Shown here: one piece after another, positions 1 through 14,417 of the stretch
Layout: each line of letters opens with the position of its first letter
Numbering within the stretch: position 1 is the first letter of the stretch
Assembly (NCBI GenBank): GCA_951406725.2
Contig: OX597816.1
Span: 68,014,001 to 68,078,000, forward strand
DNA: 64,000 bases
Source of the DNA: Octopus vulgaris
Lineage: Eukaryota
Direction: 5' to 3'
Translations under genes and position numbers: made by a program
The notes under the pieces: generated by a model
Told to the model about the DNA's origin: nothing
The model's database searches: none
What the model saw: the letters and a program-made list of their open reading frames with translations, nothing else

Positions 1-66
1 ATGTATGTATGTATGTATGTATGTATGTATGTATGTATGTATGTATGTATGTATGTATGTATGTAT
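1..66. repeat. (ATGT)n microsatellite
   Basis: Pure tetranucleotide run at window start, leading into a SINE-A 3' half (about 80-270). Confidence 0.95.
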
Positions 67-272
67 GTGTGTGTGTATACGTGTGTGTGTCTGTGTTCGT
101 CCCCCAACATCGCTTGACAACCGCTGCTGGTATGTTTACGTCCCCGTAACTTAGCGGTTCGGCAAAGGAGACCGATAGAATAAGCACGAGGCTTACAAAG
201 AATAAATTCTGGGCTCAACTAAAGGTGGTGCTCCAGCATGGCAACAGTCAAATGACTGAAACAAGTAAGAGT

Positions 273-318
<46 letters not shown>

Positions 319-914
319 TATATCTTTTATCTTTTTTTCTTTTAGTTGATCCAGTCATTGGGCTACGGCCACGCTAGAGCACTGCATTGAAAAGTTATAT
401 CAAACAGATCGCGATCACACCAGTACTCATTTCCTTAATTCTTGTATCGGGCTTTTTTGTTGAACCACTAAATTACGGGGAAGTAAACAAACCAACACCA
501 GTTGTTAAGCGGTGTCGGAGGGTCAAACACAGGCATAATGAGACACACATGTATGTATGTATGTATGTATGTATGTATGTATGTATGTATGTATGTATGT
601 ATGTATGTATGTATGTATGTATGTATGTATCTATGTATGTATGTATGTATTAAACAGGCTTCAACACAGTTTCTGTCTACCTAATACTCTCCTGTGGTAT
701 TGATAGGTTTGAAGCTGTAGTTGAAAACACTTGCCTCAGATACCGCGCAGAGGGACAGAACCCGAATCTCATGGTTTTTCTTTATCAAAAGTAGTCTTGT
801 GAACGATGGAGATTGCTTCATGTTTGCTATATTTTCAAATTATCAAGGACACATGACTGTGTCCTATTTTTTGTTATTACTGTTGTCGTTATGCTATGAT
901 ATTTTGTTGGAATG

Positions 915-1281
<367 letters not shown>

Positions 1282-1703
1282 AATTTTCTGCTATATGTTT
1301 CTTTGCATATTTTTTTGGTAATCTTAAAAAAAAGTTTTTTATACAGTTGTTTTGTTTTGTTTTATTTACTTTCTTTTGGGAGCAGCTGCTGTTTAATAAT
1401 ATGCAGCCATATTAAAACAAACGATCTTGCTGTCTATCTCAAGTGCATGGTATATATTATTACAAAATGTTCAACAATAGTCTCTGTTTAAATTTAATAT
1501 CTGAAATGAAAAGTAATTCCTTCAGTTACATTTGAAAAATCACGAAGAATTCTCGGAGCAAAGTTTTTAAACACTTGCACGAATCAGTAACAAACAACAA
1601 CAAAAACATCTCTACCGCCCACCACCACAAACAACAACAATAATCATAATATTAGCAGTAATAATACTTTATTTTGCTACTTTATCCAGAAATTATATAC
1701 AAA

Positions 1704-1940
1704 TGGCGAGGCTGTGTGATAAGAAGCTTGCTTCTCAACCACATGGTTCGGGGTTCAGTCCCATTGCATGGCACTCTAGGCAAGTGCCTTCTACTATAAC
1801 CTCGAGCTGACCACAGCCTTGTGAGTAGATTTGGTAGATGGAAACTGAAAGAAGCCCATCAAATATAAATGTATATATCTATATGGGAAAGTGTCTTCTA
1901 CTATAGCGATTTGGTAGACGGAAACTGAAAGAAGTCCGTC

Positions 1941-2000
<60 letters not shown>

Positions 2001-2140
2001 TTATGTGTGTATTTCTTTGAATCTGTTTTTGTCCCCCACGATCGCTTGACAATCAATGTTGGTGTGTTTACGTGTTTACGTCCCCGTAACTTTGCGGTTC
2101 GGCAAAATTGACCGATAGAATAAATACTAGGCTTACAAAA
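1704..2140 (+). mobile_element. SINE family A copy (head plus a partially duplicated second copy)
   Basis: ggctgtgtgataag...ggttcagtccc head, ctaggcaagtg core, internal (TA)n, tail ...gaccgatagaataaatactaggcttac. Confidence 0.8.
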
Positions 2141-2538
2141 ACGTGTTAGGCTAAACAAGCAAGTTATATAAAAGCAGGGGGGAAGGGTGAAAGATGTACA
2201 ACAGCTGTGGAGACAAATTAGAAAATTTATTCACAAATAATTATATAAAATTATTAAAATTCTGTAAGTAAAACGCATAAAAAAATTGAAAATTCAGTTT
2301 ATAATGATGGCAAAATCTCCGACTGATACATTGTACTGTCCTGTTTGCTCACGCTCTCCACTTCCAAACTCTGTTGAAGGCTGGTGAATCAAGATATTTA
2401 TTCTCTGAGATAGCTTTGGATCAGAGTGAGTAAGTAAGGGCCCATCTCATGTGGTTAGTTGACATGTGAGGGAAAGTAAATATACTCGGAACACTTTATC
2501 AATAACCAATGTATTAATAATACTGCCAGCAGGGTGCT

Positions 2539-2614
<76 letters not shown>

Positions 2615-2616
2615 CA

Positions 2617-2825
2617 CTTTCTATAATAGGCACAAGGCCTGAAATTCTTTTGGGAGAGGGGGCAAGTCGATTACATCGATCCCAGTGCTTAACTGGTGCT
2701 TATTTCATCGACCCCCCAAAAGATGAAAGGCAAAGTAAACCTCGGCAGAACTTGAATTCAGAACGGAAAAACGGACGAAATGCCGCTATACATTTTGTGC
2801 GATGCGCTGAATATTCTGCCAATTC
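2617..2825 (-). mobile_element. SINE family B copy
   Basis: Reverse complement of the ggcagaa...ttctgagttcaaattccgccgagg...gcctttcatc family seen many times in the window. Confidence 0.75.
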
Positions 2826-2876
2826 GAATCATAGGGATCTTGATAATAATGATGTTGACGATAACGATGATAATAG

Positions 2877-2908
<32 letters not shown>

Positions 2909-3408
2909 GTGATGATGAAGACGACGACGAAGACTGGTGGTGGTGGTGGTGGTGGCGGCGATAATCATGATAATAAATGCAAATAACTTGACTTCCTTGA
3001 CTGATTGCTTTTTAAGTTTTTTGCCTTTTGCAACGAGCATTTAACTAGATTAATACGTTACAAAAACAACCAAAAGTGTATAACGGTCACGTCCCTGTTA
3101 TTTTCTGGCCAATTTATTCCACAAGTATTCCTTGCCTGCTTTTTATGACCGAGGCACCAAGCACGTGTTGAAGGCGCGCGTACACCAAGCTTGGCATGGC
3201 ATGTCATTTAACAAACTCGAGACTACATCTCGACCTAATTTTACTCCTTATTTCTCAAAGCACCTAATTGCCATTGCTATATATTGTTTTCTCCCCTATC
3301 AAATGACCAAGCCTCTTATTCTGACTGCTCTGGAACAATCAGGTCTTTCACAGTTGTGAATAAATAACTCAGTGATGTTGGCATGAGGATTTTTTTATCA
3401 GTTAAATG

Positions 3409-3469
<61 letters not shown>

Positions 3470-3470
3470 G

Positions 3471-3508
<38 letters not shown>

Positions 3509-3671
3509 CACACACACAACATATATATATATATACATATATATATAAAATCATATATATATAAATATATAAAATCACATATATATATATATATTTATAT
3601 TATATAAAATGATTATATATATATACATATAGATATATATGTATGTATATATGTGTATATATATGTATATA

Positions 3672-3727
<56 letters not shown>

Positions 3728-3733
3728 CATACC

Positions 3734-3796
<63 letters not shown>

Positions 3797-4220
3797 GTAC
3801 ACTCGTCTATGTGCACAAACGTACGCACACATATACACACAGACACACACACACACATATATGACTGTGTACATACTTTCAAGGGATGGACGAAATAACG
3901 AACAAATTATCATTTAATACGAAGTTGGTCAATTTTTAGCATCAATCACACCTTAAAAACAGAAGACTTGGCTTCATACAAGGGGGAATTTCATGTCATT
4001 CTTCAAATAAAACCTGCTTTAGTTCTTTCAGCGAAGCGGCTCTTCCTTTGCTGTTCCATTAACATCATAGATGAACGAATATATCGAGATCTTGTGGTTG
4101 TAGGGGCCGATCCCTATAGTCTCCTTCACTTTTGTGCTCTCCATACCAAACTTGAATGACATAAGCCGTATGAATCGGCGCAATATTGTCTTTGGAGTTT
4201 GCGTACGATCAGGGAACAAT

Positions 4221-4479
4221 GCTTGTAGTTGACACCTTGTTCTTTTAACTATATATAACTGGATAATTTGGTAGTCTTTCGTTTATTCCAGTGTTTGAAG
4301 CTTAAGGAGTGATTGTTGAATATTGCTTTGAAATTTCCCTTTGTGAGACCCACAAGAATGAAAATATTAATAGCGTTCGTAGCTTCATAAATAATGGCCT
4401 CGATCATACAGGCTCCATTTAGTGAGCATAAATCTTTATCCCTGCAGGAACAGCCGGCTTCGTGTTGTGCTATATTGCG
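4221..4479 (-). pseudogene. Penelope-like element (Naiad-type) zinc finger plus GIY-YIG endonuclease fragment
   Basis: Manual translation AGCSCRDKDLCSLNGACMIEAIIYEATN...LVGLTKGNFKAIFNNHSLSFKHWNKRKTTKLSSYI*LKEQGVNYK matches the CxC..CPLxGxC / IY..(Y)VG / FK.R..NH..SF / TxLS.YIW.LKE pattern; in-frame stop. Confidence 0.8.
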
Positions 4480-4535
4480 CGTATATATATGTCTGTTTGT
4501 CTGTCTGTCTGTATGTATGTATGTATGTACGTATG

Positions 4536-4580
<45 letters not shown>

Positions 4581-4583
<3 letters not shown>

Positions 4584-4740
4584 AGTGGCTGTGTGGTAAG
4601 TAGCTTGTTTACCAACCACATGGTTCTGGGTTCAGTCCCACTGCGTGGCACCTTGGGCAAGTGTCTTCTACTATAGCCTCGGGCCGACCAAAGCCTTGTG
4701 AGTGGATTTGGTAGACGGAAACTGAAAGAAGCCCGTCGTA
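4581..4740 (+). mobile_element. SINE family A 5' half
   Basis: Near-consensus aggagtggctgtgtggtaagtagc...gaagcccgtcg between (TA)n runs. Confidence 0.9.
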
Positions 4741-4799
<59 letters not shown>

Positions 4800-4897
4800 G
4801 ATATAATATATATATATGTAAAATATACATTTTGAATTATATGGATAATACCATACTAAATTCTGGTGCCTTTAAATTAAGTACTATATTCATCTGA

Positions 4898-5066
<169 letters not shown>

Positions 5067-5547
5067 CCAAGGTGTACGTACGTCGCTACATCTTTTTATA
5101 TATAAAAGATGCAAAAATGGATGGGACAAGAATGCAAAACATTCAGACAGACGATACAAAGTGTTTGTTTCTTTACGTCTTTATGTCCCTCCCGTAACAA
5201 AGCAGTCAGCAAAAAGCGAACGATATAATCAGTGCCAGGCTTTTCCATCTGTCTATTAATTCCACTAAAGCCTCGAAAGTGGTGTTTCAATATGAATATG
5301 TCCCCAGTCTCAATGGAGTAAAATATAAAAGAAAATAGTTATCTATGTCTGTCTGTATGTATGTATACATGTGTTTATATATATATATAATGTGTGTGTG
5401 TGTATGCGTGAGTCTGTGCGTAAGTGTGTGTATGTGTAAGTGCATATGTATGTATAAGACATTTGTATGCAAACCGAAGACAGTAAAATGGTTTTGTGCT
5501 TGTAAATGTCTCATATAATTTATATTAAAATCTTAACTGTCGATGTC

Positions 5548-5593
<46 letters not shown>

Positions 5594-5654
5594 GTATATA
5601 GATACACACACACACATATATATACATATATATATAGATAGATACACACGCACA

Positions 5655-5690
<36 letters not shown>

Positions 5691-5972
5691 AACGTACAAA
5701 CCTACATACAAGCATACATTCATACATATGTACGGCTAAACACCGCATATACAGACACACAGCTGCAAATAATGCATCGCACGATTAATGGAGTCATTTT
5801 CTGTAAGTTACTTCCGTTACAGTGATCCTTGTTGAAGTCTACTTCCGTTTGTTGTCTTCTATTCCGGATTTCAGTGTCTTTTTACTACGCCAGCTTACTC
5901 TCAGATGTCAAAGTTATATTGTTATACTCATACAATTTCTGACGTCTGCTGCTTTGAAGTGCCATCTCTTGG

Positions 5973-6097
<125 letters not shown>

Positions 6098-6490
6098 TAA
6101 ATGAAAAGGATAATGTCGTGCGTCAGTGGCATTTGAAATCGTTGATATAAAATTTGAGAGTGAGGGAGTACGAATGAGTGAAAAGTTGAGAACACAAGAA
6201 TTAAGTAAAGTGAGGGAAAATGTTTACTGCAAGCATATGTACACACACACGCACACACACACACACACACACGCATATACGCGCACAGAACGTACATATA
6301 TGCACACATATGAAAACATTCATTCACATGCGCATACACACATGTATGTTGGTAATAGTTTCATATGAACACTAACATATATTCTTGCGCCCACGCAGAA
6401 AACGATTTATATTTGGCACATACGCATGCGCATGCGCATACACTTACACACTCATATATATGTGTGTATGTATGTATATATATTTGTATA

Positions 6491-6662
6491 CGGAATATTG
6501 GTGGAACATTCCAATCAAAACTTCCGGCAAGCACGAAAACAACAGGTCCGATATAATTCTTTAAGATTATTTTGGAAAGAAACCAAAAAATAATTAATGA
6601 AGTGCCGTGGAAGCTGGTGCCTAATATTGGATGTAAACATTTCATTCAAAATTAGCAAGAAT
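6491..6662 (+). pseudogene. RLE (restriction-like endonuclease) fragment of a non-LTR retrotransposon
   Basis: EYWWNIPIKTSGKHENNRSDIIL*...LDVNISFKISK; NRPD-type motif, stops and frameshift. Confidence 0.65.
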
Positions 6663-7138
6663 GTCAATATTTATCTCTTATTTGTTTCATTCATTGAACT
6701 GCGCCCATGCTGGGGCGCTACCTCGAAGGTTCAATCGAGCAAATTAACCCTTGTACTTATTTTTCAAACTTGGTTCTTATTCCATTGGTCTTATTTACCA
6801 ATCTTTTAAGCTGCGTGGACGTAAACAAACTAATACCGGTTGGACACACACACACACACACACACGTGTGCGCGCGCATGTGTGTATACGACAGGTTTCT
6901 CCCAGTTTCCATGTATCAAATCCACTTACAAGACCTTGGTCATCTCGAGCCCTAGTAGTAGATACTTACCTAAGGTGCCATGCAGCGGAACTGAACCTGG
7001 AACCATGTGATTAGGAACCAAGCTTTTTACCATACTGACATGCCTGTCCCTAGTTCTTAAAGCCTGTTACATTCGAACTTACAAATTCTCCACCAAATTT
7101 ATTAGATATGCACCCATTGTTATTAAACCCTTGGTTAA

Positions 7139-7330
7139 GGCGGTGAGCTGGCAGAATCGTTAGCACGCCGGGCGAAATACAATTTTTCGCCCATCTTTAC
7201 GTTCTGAGTTCAAATTCCGCCGAAGCTGACTTTGTCTTAAAATACGTACCAGTTGAATACTAGGGTCGATATAATTAACTATCCCTCTCCCCCAAATTTC
7301 AAACTTTGTGCCTATAATAGAAAGGATTAT
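7139..7330 (+). mobile_element. SINE family B copy
   Basis: ggcggtgagctggcagaatcgttagcacgccgggcgaaat head with internal deletion. Confidence 0.85.
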
Positions 7331-7528
7331 TAGTTCCTTGGTTATTAATAACAAAGAACTCTCTCTTTGTTTTTTTTTTCCGGGTAAATACAGAGATCTT
7401 CTAACCAGTTATCAGCAAATTCAATATTCAAAACTTTTCCGAAATTCAAATTTTAACCGATTATAGTTGTTACTACTCGTACTTAAATTTCAGTTATACA
7501 GAATTATAGGAAAAATTCAGGATATAAT

Positions 7529-8132
7529 CTTTTCTACTATAGGCAAAAAATTTTGGAAAAGGGGCCATTCGATAGACCGACCCTAGTATGCAACTGGTGC
7601 TTAATTTATCGATCCTCGAAAGGATGAAAGGCAAAGTCGACCTCAGCAGAATTTGAGCTCAGAACGTAAAGACAGACGAAATACACCTAAGCATTTCGCT
7701 CAGCGTGCTAACGTTTCTTATTTCTTTATTGTCCACAAGGGGCTAAACATAGAGGAGACAAATAAGGACCGACAAAGGGATTAAGTCGATTACATCGACC
7801 CCAGTGCGTAACTGGTACTTGATTTATCGATCCTCGAAAGGATGAAAGGCAATGTCGACCTCGGCGGAATTTGAACTTAGAACGTAACGGCAGAAGAAAT
7901 ACCTATTTCTTTACTACCCACAAGGGGCCAAACACAGAGGGAACAAACAAGGACAGACAAACGGATTAAGCCGACTATATCGACCCAGTGCGTAACTGGT
8001 ACTTATTTAATCGACCCCGAAAGGAGGAAAAGCAAATCGACCTCTGCGGAATTTGAACTCAGAACATAGCGGCAGACGAAATACCGCTAAGCATTTCGCC
8101 CGGCATGCTAACGTTTCAGCCAGCTCACCGCC
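7529..8132 (-). mobile_element. SINE family B copy with about 180-bp internal unit repeated three times
   Basis: Three tandem copies of aactggtac...aaggatgaaaggcaaagtcgacctcggcggaatttgaactcagaacg; head at the 8132 end. Confidence 0.85.
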
Positions 8133-8205
8133 TTAGAAATCAGGGTATATTAATAGAGATAGGATAGTTTAACCATAAGAACCGGCTATTGCAAGCAAAA
8201 ATACA

Positions 8206-8613
8206 TACTCTTTACACCTTTACTTGTTTCAGTCAGTTGACTGCGGCTCTGCTGGAGCACCGCCTTTAGTCGAGCAAATCGATACCAGGACTTATTCTTT
8301 GTAAGCCTAGTACTTATTCTATCGGTCTCTTTTGCCGAACCACTAAGTTACGGGGACGTAAACACACCAGCATCGGTTGTCAAGCGATATTGGGATGACA
8401 AACATAGACACACAAACACACACACACACATATCTACATATACATATATACGACGGGCTTCTTTCAGTTTCCGTCTACCAAATCCACTCACAAGGCTTTG
8501 GTTGGCCCGAGGCTATAGTAGAAGACACTTGTCCAAGGTGCCACGCCGTGGGACTGATCCCGGGACCATGTGGTTGGTAAGCAAGCTACTTACCACACAG
8601 CCACTCCTGCGCC
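8206..8613 (-). mobile_element. Full-length SINE family A (tRNA-derived head, accttgggcaagt core, internal microsatellite, (gtaaaaga)n tail)
   Basis: Reverse complement of 10818-11267 and 34967-35428; pol III A/B-box-like motifs tggctgtgtggt and gg(t/a)tcagtccc. Confidence 0.92.
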
Positions 8614-8774
8614 TGGCCCAATTTGAACATACGACAGACAAATATAGCAACGATATATATATGTTTGTGTTTTATTATTGTTATTATTGTTTATGTGTAT
8701 GCATTTGTGTGCATGCGTTCAGCTTTTTATATGCATTTGTGTGCATGTGTTCAGCTTAGAAACCTTCAACGGAG

Positions 8775-8963
8775 AATCTCGATGTTTCGAAGCAGTTGTC
8801 CAAAGTTATCCTCTTCCCCTTTGATTTTCGAAGAATTATTTACATCGGCTGACATACTGGTACATACTTTCTCTTGTCTGTTCCAAACGGCAATATCTGG
8901 TCTGTTATGTTTGCGCTTGGTAAAACTTTTGATTGGAATGTTCCATCAATATTCCATGTATTG
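8775..8963 (-). pseudogene. RLE endonuclease fragment of a non-LTR retrotransposon
   Basis: EY*WNIPIKSFTKRKHNRPDIAVWNRQEKVCT...ADVNNSSKIKGEEDNFGQLLRNIEIL; same family as 6491-6662. Confidence 0.7.
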
Positions 8964-9050
8964 ATGTATGTACGCGTATTTATGAATATATGTATATGCG
9001 TATGAACGTATGTATGTATGTATGTATATATATATATATTTATTTATTTA

Positions 9051-9082
<32 letters not shown>

Positions 9083-9518
9083 CACATACGTTTATTCTTA
9101 CATGTATAAGTCAAGACAAGATTATTGAAGCAAAACAGCTACAAATCAACAAACGACAATTTGAAGCTACGCAAAGGAAAGTAAACCCAACATTTATTCA
9201 TTAAAGTTTTCTTCTTATGTTTATTTTCTTGCTTTTCTTCATTTTCTTTTATCAATTCTTTACCTTCTGTTGCTTTTCTCCTAGATTTCAGCCTTTATAT
9301 AAAACAACGACGACGACATGAACAGACGACGTGAACAGACGATAGCTTGGTAGTTTAGTAGTTCGAGGTGTCAACTGGACAGATGTATTTTGATAAGTGG
9401 GTGGCAAATAAAAGTCTTGGCATCTAAATTTTTTTATGATGGTACGGATTGTTGTAATTGTCCCCGTTGTAATTATGGTGTTTGTGACTGTTGATTTTTA
9501 TTGTGTAGCCTAATGTGA

Positions 9519-9822
9519 AGGCACGTAGCTTAGTGGCTAGGGTAATCGGCTAATGCATTGTAAAGTTCTGAGTTCGATTCCCGGCGACGCGTTGTATCCT
9601 TAAGCAAGACGTTGCTCCAATCCACCCGGTTGACAATTCAAAGAGCAGTATCTGCAATTCTAAAGGGTCATTTTCTGTGTTACTCTGAATCGCTTTATGA
9701 ACTACGTTAAGGATACATATGTCTGTAGAGCGGTCAACCACTGGCACGTTAATTTCACGAGCAGGCTGTTCCATTGATCGGATCAACTGGAACCCATGTT
9801 GTCGTAACCAATGGAGTGCCAG
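9519..9822 (+). mobile_element. SINE family C copy
   Basis: ggcacgtagcttagtggctagg...gagttcgattccc tRNA-like head; body matches 28465-28760. Confidence 0.75.
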
Positions 9823-10074
9823 TGGCTGTTTAACTCCTACATTAAACTCTCTGTGACCATCACATCCTTTTCCCTATGTGCAGGAAACTCAGAACCACAT
9901 TATCCAGCGCCTCCTGTTCTAAGACTGTTGGTTATGATTTGAGGTAGATTTTGGCTGCTATTTTTAACAGGATGAGCGATCACCTGGAAGTTTCTTTTGT
10001 TGACTCGTTGTAGTTGTTGTAGTGGTGTTTGGTGCAATAGTAGTAGTAGTAGTAGTCGTTGTGGTTAGAGTTTT

Positions 10075-10280
10075 TTTGTGTTTTGTTCCAGTCATTGGAC
10101 TGCGGCCATGCTGGAGCACAGCCTTAAAAGGTTTCAATGGAAAAAATCGACTCAAATACTTACGTTTTTGTAAAGCTTGGTATTTATTCTCCTCACTTTT
10201 GCCAAACCGTTAAGTGACAGGAATGTAAACAAACTAATACCGGTTGTCAAGCGGGGGGAGTGAAAGTGACAAGCACAGAC

Positions 10281-10379
<99 letters not shown>

Positions 10380-10610
10380 GACGCACGCACACATGCAGAT
10401 ATACATACGACAGGATCTTTCAGTATATTGATAGATACATGCGCACACGACAGGCTTCTGTACAGTTTCCATCTATGGAATTCACACACAAAGCATTGGT
10501 GGGCCTGGAATTATAGCAGAAGGCACACTTACCCAAGGTGCCGCGCAGTGGGATTGAACTCGAAACTATATGGTTGCAAAGCGAGTTTCTTAACCATCTA
10601 TCCATCCATG
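10075..10610 (-). mobile_element. Diverged SINE family A with internal (CA)n
   Basis: Tail and head motifs on the minus strand flank the (CA)n run at 10283-10377. Confidence 0.75.
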
Positions 10611-10817
10611 CTTGACCCTAGTATTTGTTAGGATGCTTGCGCTTGAGGTGGCTGTGTAATGGTGTTTGTGCTGAGATAGCTTTAATTTTTGGTGTATGGT
10701 TTTCAACCGGGGTCCATGTAACCATTGGGCTTTCATATGAACCTTGCAGTTCATATGACCCTGTGGGAACAGTATAAGATTTTGCTGTTAAAATTTATGT
10801 GCAATAAATTAGTTATA

Positions 10818-10979
10818 GTCGCTGGAGTGGCTGTGTGGTAAGTAGCTTGCTTACCAGCCACATGGTTCTGGATTCAGTCCCACTGCGTGGCACCTTTGGC
10901 AAGTGTCTTCTACTATAGCCTCGGGCCGACCAAAGCTTTGTGAGTGGATTTGGTAGACGGAAACAGAAAGAAGCCCGTC

Positions 10980-11032
<53 letters not shown>

Positions 11033-11267
11033 TGTGTGTGTGTGTGTGTACGTGTGTGTGTGTGTTTGTCCTCCCAGCATCGTTTGACAACCGATGCTGG
11101 TGTGTTTACGTCTCCGTCACTTAGCGGTTCGGCAAAAGAGACCGATAGAATAAGTACTAGGCTTACAAAGAATAAGTCCTGGGGTCGATTTGCTCGACTA
11201 AAGGCGCTGCTCCACCATGGCCACAGTCAAATGACTGAAACAAGTAAAATAGTAAAAGAGTAAAAGA
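10818..11267 (+). mobile_element. Full-length SINE family A
   Basis: Near-consensus head, internal (TA)n(TG)n, tail ending gtaaaagagtaaaaga. Confidence 0.92.
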
Positions 11268-11758
11268 ATATACTTCTAAATGCATAGAATATTTTAACAT
11301 TCTTTTAAATACAATTCCTAATAATATTTAATCATATAAACACAATAGGAATTTTTCAAACATCATAGGCTCAGGCGTGGCTATGTGGTAAGAAGTTTGT
11401 TTCCCAAACGCATGGTTCCGAGTCCTACTGCGTGGCACCTTGGGTGAGTGTCTTCTACTATAGCCTCGGGTCGACTAAATCCTTGTGACTGGATTTGGTA
11501 TACGAAAAATTGTGGGATGCAAAATCAAAATTTGCACCCCTAATTCTCTCAGGTTTAGAAAACGGTGAATAAAAAGTGATCTGCAAAAAATAGCTCAAAG
11601 AATAAAGGACGAAAATAAATTAAAAAGAAGAAGCAATAAGATTTTGTTTGTAAAAGTTTTTGGGATCTGGGTTTGCACCCCTTAAGCAAATTTCGTTCCC
11701 TAGCCAGCGCATATACTGTTAGCAAACGTCGGGATGCGTGACGTACAGTTACTCAATA

Positions 11759-11959
11759 AATGAAAAATGCATTAAATGCTACAACACGTACACGTAGGAC
11801 AGACACAGAAAGACCGTAATTGTTCATCAGTTATCGACCTGAAAATACTAAGGCTCGAAACAGAGTATTAGTACTTTTCGGTCGATAACTGATGAAGTAT
11901 TACGATCCTTCTGTATCTGTCCTACGTGTACGTTTATAGTATTTAATGCATCTTTCATT
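11759..11959. repeat. Foldback inverted repeat (about 90-bp arms), Penelope-like terminal fragment
   Basis: aatgaaaaatgcattaaat...ttcatcagttatcgacc versus ggtcgataactgatgaa...atttaatgcatctttcatt. Confidence 0.85.
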
Positions 11960-11997
11960 AATGTGTGTGTGTGTGTATGTGTGTGTGTGTGTGTGAA

Positions 11998-12527
11998 GGA
12001 ATCAAAAAGTCTATATGTAAAAAATGGTTAAGAACCTCAGCCACAAACAGGGACGCTCAGATTGAGCAGAATAAATGAAAGGCGTCCTAGACGTGACCAT
12101 CATGTCCTTTTGTATGTTGTATGCTTAGGAATTACATCAGCAGTTTGTATCTGTGTTCTCCACCACTGCTTAACAACAGGTGTTGGTGCGTTTATGTCCC
12201 CGTAAGATCGATAGAATAAGTACCAGGCTTTAAAAAAACAAACCAAAAAAGAAACAAAAATAAGTCCTGGGGCAGATTCATTGGACTAAAAAAATTTCAA
12301 GACTGTGCTACAGCATGGCCGAAGTCTAATGACTGAAACAAATAAAAGATAAAAGATCAAATGTCTACAAATAAGGATCCACCCGCATAAAATAGGAATC
12401 AAAAGGGTCCATATGTCAAAAATGGTTAAGAACTTCAGCCACAGGGACGCTCAGATTGAGCAGAATTAATGAAAGGCGTCCTTGACGTGACCATCGTGTC
12501 CTTTTGTATATTGTATACTTAGGAATT
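11998..12527 (+). repeat. About 130-bp direct duplication (11998-12133 and 12396-12527) flanking a SINE-A tail
   Basis: ggaatcaaaa...aaaaatggttaagaac...gggacgctcagattgagcagaa...cttaggaatt occurs twice. Confidence 0.85.
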
Positions 12528-12771
12528 GCCCGTACCCATCCTTTATCCGTAGTTGCAGTTGTGGTTAATGGTTGCGGTGGTGTTAGTAATTGCTGGTGAT
12601 GCTTTTAAAACCTTTCTCTACCTGACGTAGATATGATTTATGACTGACGCCACCACGACCGTACAGAGATTCATAGTATCACTCACTGATGCCTGCGACA
12701 GCATTAAGGATTTCTCTTTCAAATCTGTTCACTTAAACTACCACTAATCACCTTTGACACACACACGCACG

Positions 12772-12831
<60 letters not shown>

Positions 12832-12858
12832 CACACACACACACACACACCACACATG

Positions 12859-12898
<40 letters not shown>

Positions 12899-13289
12899 TA
12901 CATACATGCATATACATGTATGTATGTCTGTATATGTCTATATATATCTCTGTCTGTCTGTCTCTTTCTCTATATACATATCTATGTATCTATATATGTG
13001 TGTATACACATACGTATATAAATATATATATATATATATGCAAATATATGTGTCTATATATATGTATATATGTATATATGTATACACACACACACATATA
13101 TATATATGTATGTATATGTATATATGTATGTGTATATATATATATATCTGTATATATATATGCATTTATATATATATATATATATATATACGTATGTGCA
13201 GCCATACATGCATGTACAGAGGGCAAGAGAGAGAAAAAAGATGATAGTGAGTCAGAAAAATAGTGAGTTAGGAGAGAGACAGAGCGTGA

Positions 13290-13323
<34 letters not shown>

Positions 13324-13605
13324 AAGAAAGAGAGAGAGAGAGAAAGAGAGAGAGAAAAGTGAGACTAGGTGAAGGTTACTTATGAAGCCCATTGACAAGA
13401 TAATGAATTAATGCGCCGTGTGTCTGTACCTTGGTCCGGATGTCGTGTTCTGACCATAAAACAAATACTTAACCGCGGCATGCTCCATGCCAGGCTAGTT
13501 AAACGATATACGCATAAATCCTTCTGGTACCCGCCACACTCTCTATCCCTCGCTCTATGTTTGTAATAGACACACACACACACACACACACACACAACGC
13601 GCGCG

Positions 13606-13640
<35 letters not shown>

Positions 13641-13791
13641 GCGCGCACATGTATATAGAAGTGAAAAACTGCACGCATGCGCTCTCACAAACAACTACAC
13701 AAATATACACGCATATGTACATGTGTGAACATATGTGTATATTCATATGTATGTGTGTGTGTGTATATGTATAAATGTGAGTGTTTGTGTG

Positions 13792-13877
<86 letters not shown>

Positions 13878-13918
13878 TAAATGTGCGCATACAAACCTGC
13901 AATCATATATATATATAT

Positions 13919-13949
<31 letters not shown>

Positions 13950-14417
13950 GATGAAAGCGAAAGAGAGCATTATGTGTAGAGAGCATGTTTAAGAACAAAT
14001 AAGTAATTCTCGATACGGTGTGTAAAAGTTCAAAATATTGGATTACTTTCGAAATGCTTCCGAAATGACATCAGCGATATAAAATTTCATAGCGAGCCTC
14101 ATCAGGGTGGAATAGACAGTATCGTTTATCCACATAAATGACACGAACTCATGAACTACCGATAACTGAACAAATACCTTACCGACATTCGCCATCTGGT
14201 TGCAGTGGAAGCCTATATGTGGTTGCTCGATCTGCTAGAAAGAACAGTTAGATTTCTTCTAAATAACGCGCTATTGTCTTAGAAAAAGGACACATTAAAT
14301 AATGTGGTGTACGATTCCTGCATATAAATATAAGTCCAGCTGGTCATAGTTGGAATATCTTTGGACTTATATCTCATTAAGTGTGTGTGTATATATATAT
14401 ATGTATGTATGTATATA

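Noticed and set aside
11850-11905. Type II hammerhead (GAAAC...GTC...CTGATGA)
   Set aside because: Only 5 unpaired nt where stem I should be, and no 10.1-11.1 pair.
10696-12440. Single hAT MITE split by nested insertions
   Set aside because: Terminal motifs (ggttttcaaccggggtcc / gggtcc..ggttaagaac) are suggestive, but no TSD is verifiable and the right end is duplicated.
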